The notes beneath the pieces were generated by a model that was not told the origin of the DNA, ran no database searches, and worked only from the letters and a program-made list of their open reading frames with translations. A stretch of 61,027 bases of DNA, the filler included, from Sphacelaria rigidula (Eukaryota): assembly GCA_964200075.2 (NCBI GenBank). It is 6 parts of 6 records of this genome, joined end to end, with 100 filler letters (N's around TTAATTAATTAA, not from the genome) between each part and the next. Parts side by side here need not be neighbours in the genome. Positions count along the whole stretch, not along the records: positions 50,942 to 61,027 come from CAXNAA020007174.1; 5 more parts are not named here. The stretch is one strand, 5' to 3'. How positions within the stretch are numbered: position 1 is the stretch's first letter; every line of letters begins with the position of its first letter. This document shows positions 59,491 through 61,027 of the stretch, one piece after another. A program made the translations under genes and the position numbers.

Positions 59491-60370
59491 TTGAGCTGCA
59501 AGATAGAAGAGTACAGCGTGTCGTTGAAGAGTACATTTTTGTATCGCAATATGTACAACCGGGGTTCCACTGATTATGCATGTCACTTTCTAGGTGTACA
59601 CGTCGAAGCATTCGGACGTGGCGTCCCGATCCTAGTCGTCCTCGTCGCCGCAGTCGGATTCCCTGGAACCCTTCTGCGTGTGCTAGTCCTCCTGATTGAC
59701 AAGCTTGACGCGGCCGACCAATCCCTTGGTGTCAGCGTCGGTGACCGGCAGCGATGCCAACTCGCAGACACCCCGAACGTCGCGGCGAAGCCAGGCTACA
59801 CGAGTCCCCGCCATCCTCGAGTAGCCGCACGGCACGAGGGTTGGGACCTCGAACCGCAGACTCTTCAGGCTGAACAACTGCAGCACGAGCTGCCTCACCC
59901 AGGCCAAAGACACAGCCTCCTTATGCACGAACGAGACCATGCGCTTCCCTCGCCAGTCCCTCTTCTCGCCCTCTCTCGCCCACATCTTGTGTTCCGAGCA
60001 CCGCTGAACGATCAACTCCCCGGCGTCCACGGCTTGCGCGCGGTCGGTTCCGGCGAGGTGGAGAACCCACTTCAGGTCCGTCTGCAGCAACGACGTCGCG
60101 GGCGAAGACGCGGCGGCGGCGTCAGCGGGAGAGTCATGGACAAATTTCGACCCGTGATGAGGTTTTCCCTCCATTTTTTTGCGTTCGTCATCCCTCTACT
60201 GTGCATATCATGCGTTTCTGGCGGTACGGGAGAACGAAAACACATCCGCCCCTCCACCTGAAGCATGCGGTACTCCATCGCCAGGACGTTGAGAGCGTTC
60301 TTGGCGATCTTGAAGATTCGTTTCTTATGTTTCATCTGATTCGGACGGAGGAGGTCAGTGTTTCCGAAAA
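59491..60370 (-). pseudogene. UL9-like SF2 helicase, copy 2 (spliced, degenerate)
   Basis: GNTDLLRPNQ...NVLAMEYRMLQ|TDLKWVLHLAGTDRAQAVDAGELIVQRCSEHKMW aligns with copy 1. GT-AG intron 60257-60082 at the same codon boundary. In-frame stops downstream. Confidence 0.65.
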
Positions 60371-60949
60371 CATGGGTGATCGGTATACACAGTGCGGTTG
60401 GTGTTGCTTTGGGTAGGAAAAAGGGGGGTTACAATGCACATGGTTCGTCTTTCCACTCCCGTCCCGGATATCAGAGGAGAATACAATTTTCATCCTGTGT
60501 TCCCCGACCAGGAGATCAGGGGATGAAAAACGTGCGTCGTATCCCCTCCTCTAATACTAGAAGCAACTCGAGATGCGTACTGTACATTTGTCATCATCCA
60601 TTTTATTTCGTTCTAGCCTTTGATCTCTCGATCCTTTTGGGGAAACCCCGGATGGTATATTCTATCGTCATATTTCGATTGGTTGGTGGTTGCGGTAGTC
60701 GGGGTTCCCCCCGAATCACGATGAAGATTAAATATTCGTGTGACCGTACAGTACTTCTGTTCAAGCGTCATTGCTATTCATAGGAACATACCTGACGAGT
60801 CCAACGCCAGAGCAAACGCCACAAGAGGACACTACAGCGTAACTATTATACCATGCTATCTATGTTGCTTTCAGTAAGGTTTTGTCGACATTTCCCTACC
60901 GCCATCCCTGTACACAGCTGACGATATACCTATTCCTACTCCTACTTGC

Positions 60950-61027
60950 GCCCCGGTGGTGTAATGGTCCGACTGTCGCCATGAGGGTGGAGAGAACGGG
61001 GGTTCGATTCCCGATGCGTCGAGTTTT
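60950..61027 (+). other. tRNA-like Pol III head (probable SINE start or tRNA pseudogene), cut by window end
   Basis: A box TGGTGTAATGG and B box GGTTCGATTCC present; acceptor stem does not close. Confidence 0.55.

Overview
Eukaryotic, repeat-rich DNA, most likely from a brown alga or other stramenopile (inferred from gene style and repeat types). It is not one locus. Five identical 100-nt N44-TTAATTAATTAA-N44 spacers join six size-sorted pieces (10090, 10089, 10089, 10087, 10086, 10086 bp), so neighbours across spacers are probably unrelated. Piece 1 holds the 3' end of a Ty1/copia element inside an intron of a multi-exon FANCI gene (minus strand, 3' end missing), head-to-head with a C1-zinc-finger/glycine-zipper gene. 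Pieces 2 and 5 hold two diverged, decayed copies of one Ty3/gypsy family with a very large gag. In both copies gag and pro-pol are in the same frame, separated by a conserved CCA-UGA-C stop followed by conserved hairpins, a candidate programmed readthrough site. Pieces 3 and 4 are mostly MITEs, foldbacks, SINE parts and decayed coding remnants. Piece 6 carries two diverged, intron-containing pseudogene copies of a herpesvirus UL9/origin-binding-protein-like SF2 helicase that share an intron position and sit among nested inverted-repeat elements. All family assignments are by eye; no searches were run.
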